A DNA stretch of 64,000 bases from Lama guanicoe (taxonomy: Eukaryota). The DNA lies in contig MU053934.1 of assembly GCA_013239625.1 (NCBI GenBank), positions 1,977,031 to 2,041,030 on the forward strand, given 5' to 3'. A program made the translations under genes and the position numbers. Within the stretch, counting starts at the first letter, position 1. Each line of letters opens with the position of its first letter. Shown piece by piece: positions 62,781 through 64,000 of the stretch. Below the pieces are notes generated by a model that was given only the letters and a program-made list of their open reading frames with translations, ran no database searches and was not told the DNA's origin.

Positions 62781-63884
62781 ACATTACCCAACAGTAATGT
62801 CGCTGATTTTTACAGATACACAAATGGGTCACTTCAGAAAATGTTGCCTGGAAAGGCTATACTCTTATTCCTCAGATGCTGCCATCATGCATTTAGCCAG
62901 TGCTAAACTAATCTAGGAGCTCCTGCTCTGGAAAAGAAAACGCCTTCAGAACCGAAACCTATGGCTTTAAATATCTTTAACTGTGACAAAAGCTCATTGT
63001 TTGAACACAGATTTGATTTTTTTTTGACAACCCCAAATCAGGAAAAGCCCAGTGTCTGATCAAGCTAGGTATTCTTCATAAATAAAAAAAATGCAGTGTT
63101 AGATATTAAAAAGGTTTTCCTTAACCCTCATCTCTGAAGCTGATTCCAAAGCAGAGTTCTTTATGTTTTGCGCAGTGGTTGTATCATCAGAGTCAAAGTG
63201 ACTATTTTGAAGGGCAATACTCATCTAGATGCACAGACTCTGCTATATTTGTTTAAAAAAAATGAGCCTCTCAGTCATTCCAAAAGAAACACATTTGCCC
63301 TTCAGTAGCGGTACAAACACACACGCGTTATGTTCAGAACGACTGTCCTGAAGCCTGCAGTTCTTTCTGCTGCCAAAGCAATTGCTTTGTCTTTCATATT
63401 TTTTAAAAAATAAAGTGTTTTATTTATACACACCCATCTCTAGAAAAATACAAACATCAGGCATTAATAAAGCATTTAACTGCATGCAGTACCATAAAAG
63501 GCGTCCTACAAAGGCAACTTACATATCCAAAATATGTGCACAAATATCCTCACGTACAAGGGATAAGGGTACACACAAATATGACAGGGAATATAACTAT
63601 TAAAAGATATTATATTTCTACATCTAGATTAGCTCCTTTGTTAAATGAATATGTCATTTTTCAACAAAGAAAATATTCTGCAAATTCAGAATGATTTACA
63701 GATTTTTAAAAAGCAGGCATTAATGCAGACGAGCCCGACTCCACACAACGAACCTCTCTGCTTGCACTGGACTCCCCACATCTTACTGAAGCCACAATTC
63801 CCCTGCACAAACTCCCATCCACCACCCCCCACGCACACCCAACTCCCCACCAACCTCACAGGGGTTCCTGGGCTGGTCCATGGA

Positions 63885-64000
63885 ATCTGATGACATCACT
63901 CTCTCTTCCTTCCTGGAATTCTAAACCCTGCTGCTCTTCCCTTGCACACAGCTACCATCTCCATGGCAACCTCACCTCCTCCTGCTTCCCTATTGGCTTC
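63885..64000. promoter_or_regulatory. Candidate regulatory motif cluster (CRE/ATF-like, GAS, RFX X-box, CCAAT)
   Basis: TGACATCA 63891-63898, TTCCTGGAA 63910-63918, ATCTCCATGGCAAC 63957-63970, ATTGG 63992-63996. Confidence 0.4.

Noticed and set aside
1..64000. TGCATG (RBFOX site) enrichment as support for host-gene identity
   Set aside because: Occurrences are scattered and do not look clearly above expectation; not formally counted.
1..64000. CRISPR arrays, operons, rRNA or prokaryotic systems
   Set aside because: The sequence is mammalian repeat-rich DNA with no repeat-spacer array or gene-dense region.

Overview
Mammalian genomic DNA, most likely from a camelid (alpaca/camel), judged from its tRNA-derived SINEs and young L1 tails. 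The window is almost entirely non-coding and rich in repeats (L2, MIR, L1M, hAT/Charlie MITEs, ERVL/MaLR LTRs). It looks like a large intron of a minus-strand gene: the + strand appears A/C-rich and most L1 copies lie on +. The only well-supported host coding piece is a candidate minus-strand alternative start exon (ATG ATG TAC CTC TGG|gtgagt, MMYLW, 13469-13483) below a GA-rich promoter-like region. The most notable feature is a decayed piggyBac (Looper-like) DNA transposon at about 1-2920. It still shows an acidic N-terminus, all three DDD catalytic motif regions, a remnant C-terminal Cys region and a terminal TTAA, and it is interrupted by three SINEs, an L1 tail and a microsatellite. Several probable assembly artefacts are visible: an N gap, an A-washed ghost copy and a near-identical ~220-bp duplication. 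No intact protein-coding gene, RNA gene or CRISPR array is supported. Repeat family names and boundaries come from visual recognition and are approximate.
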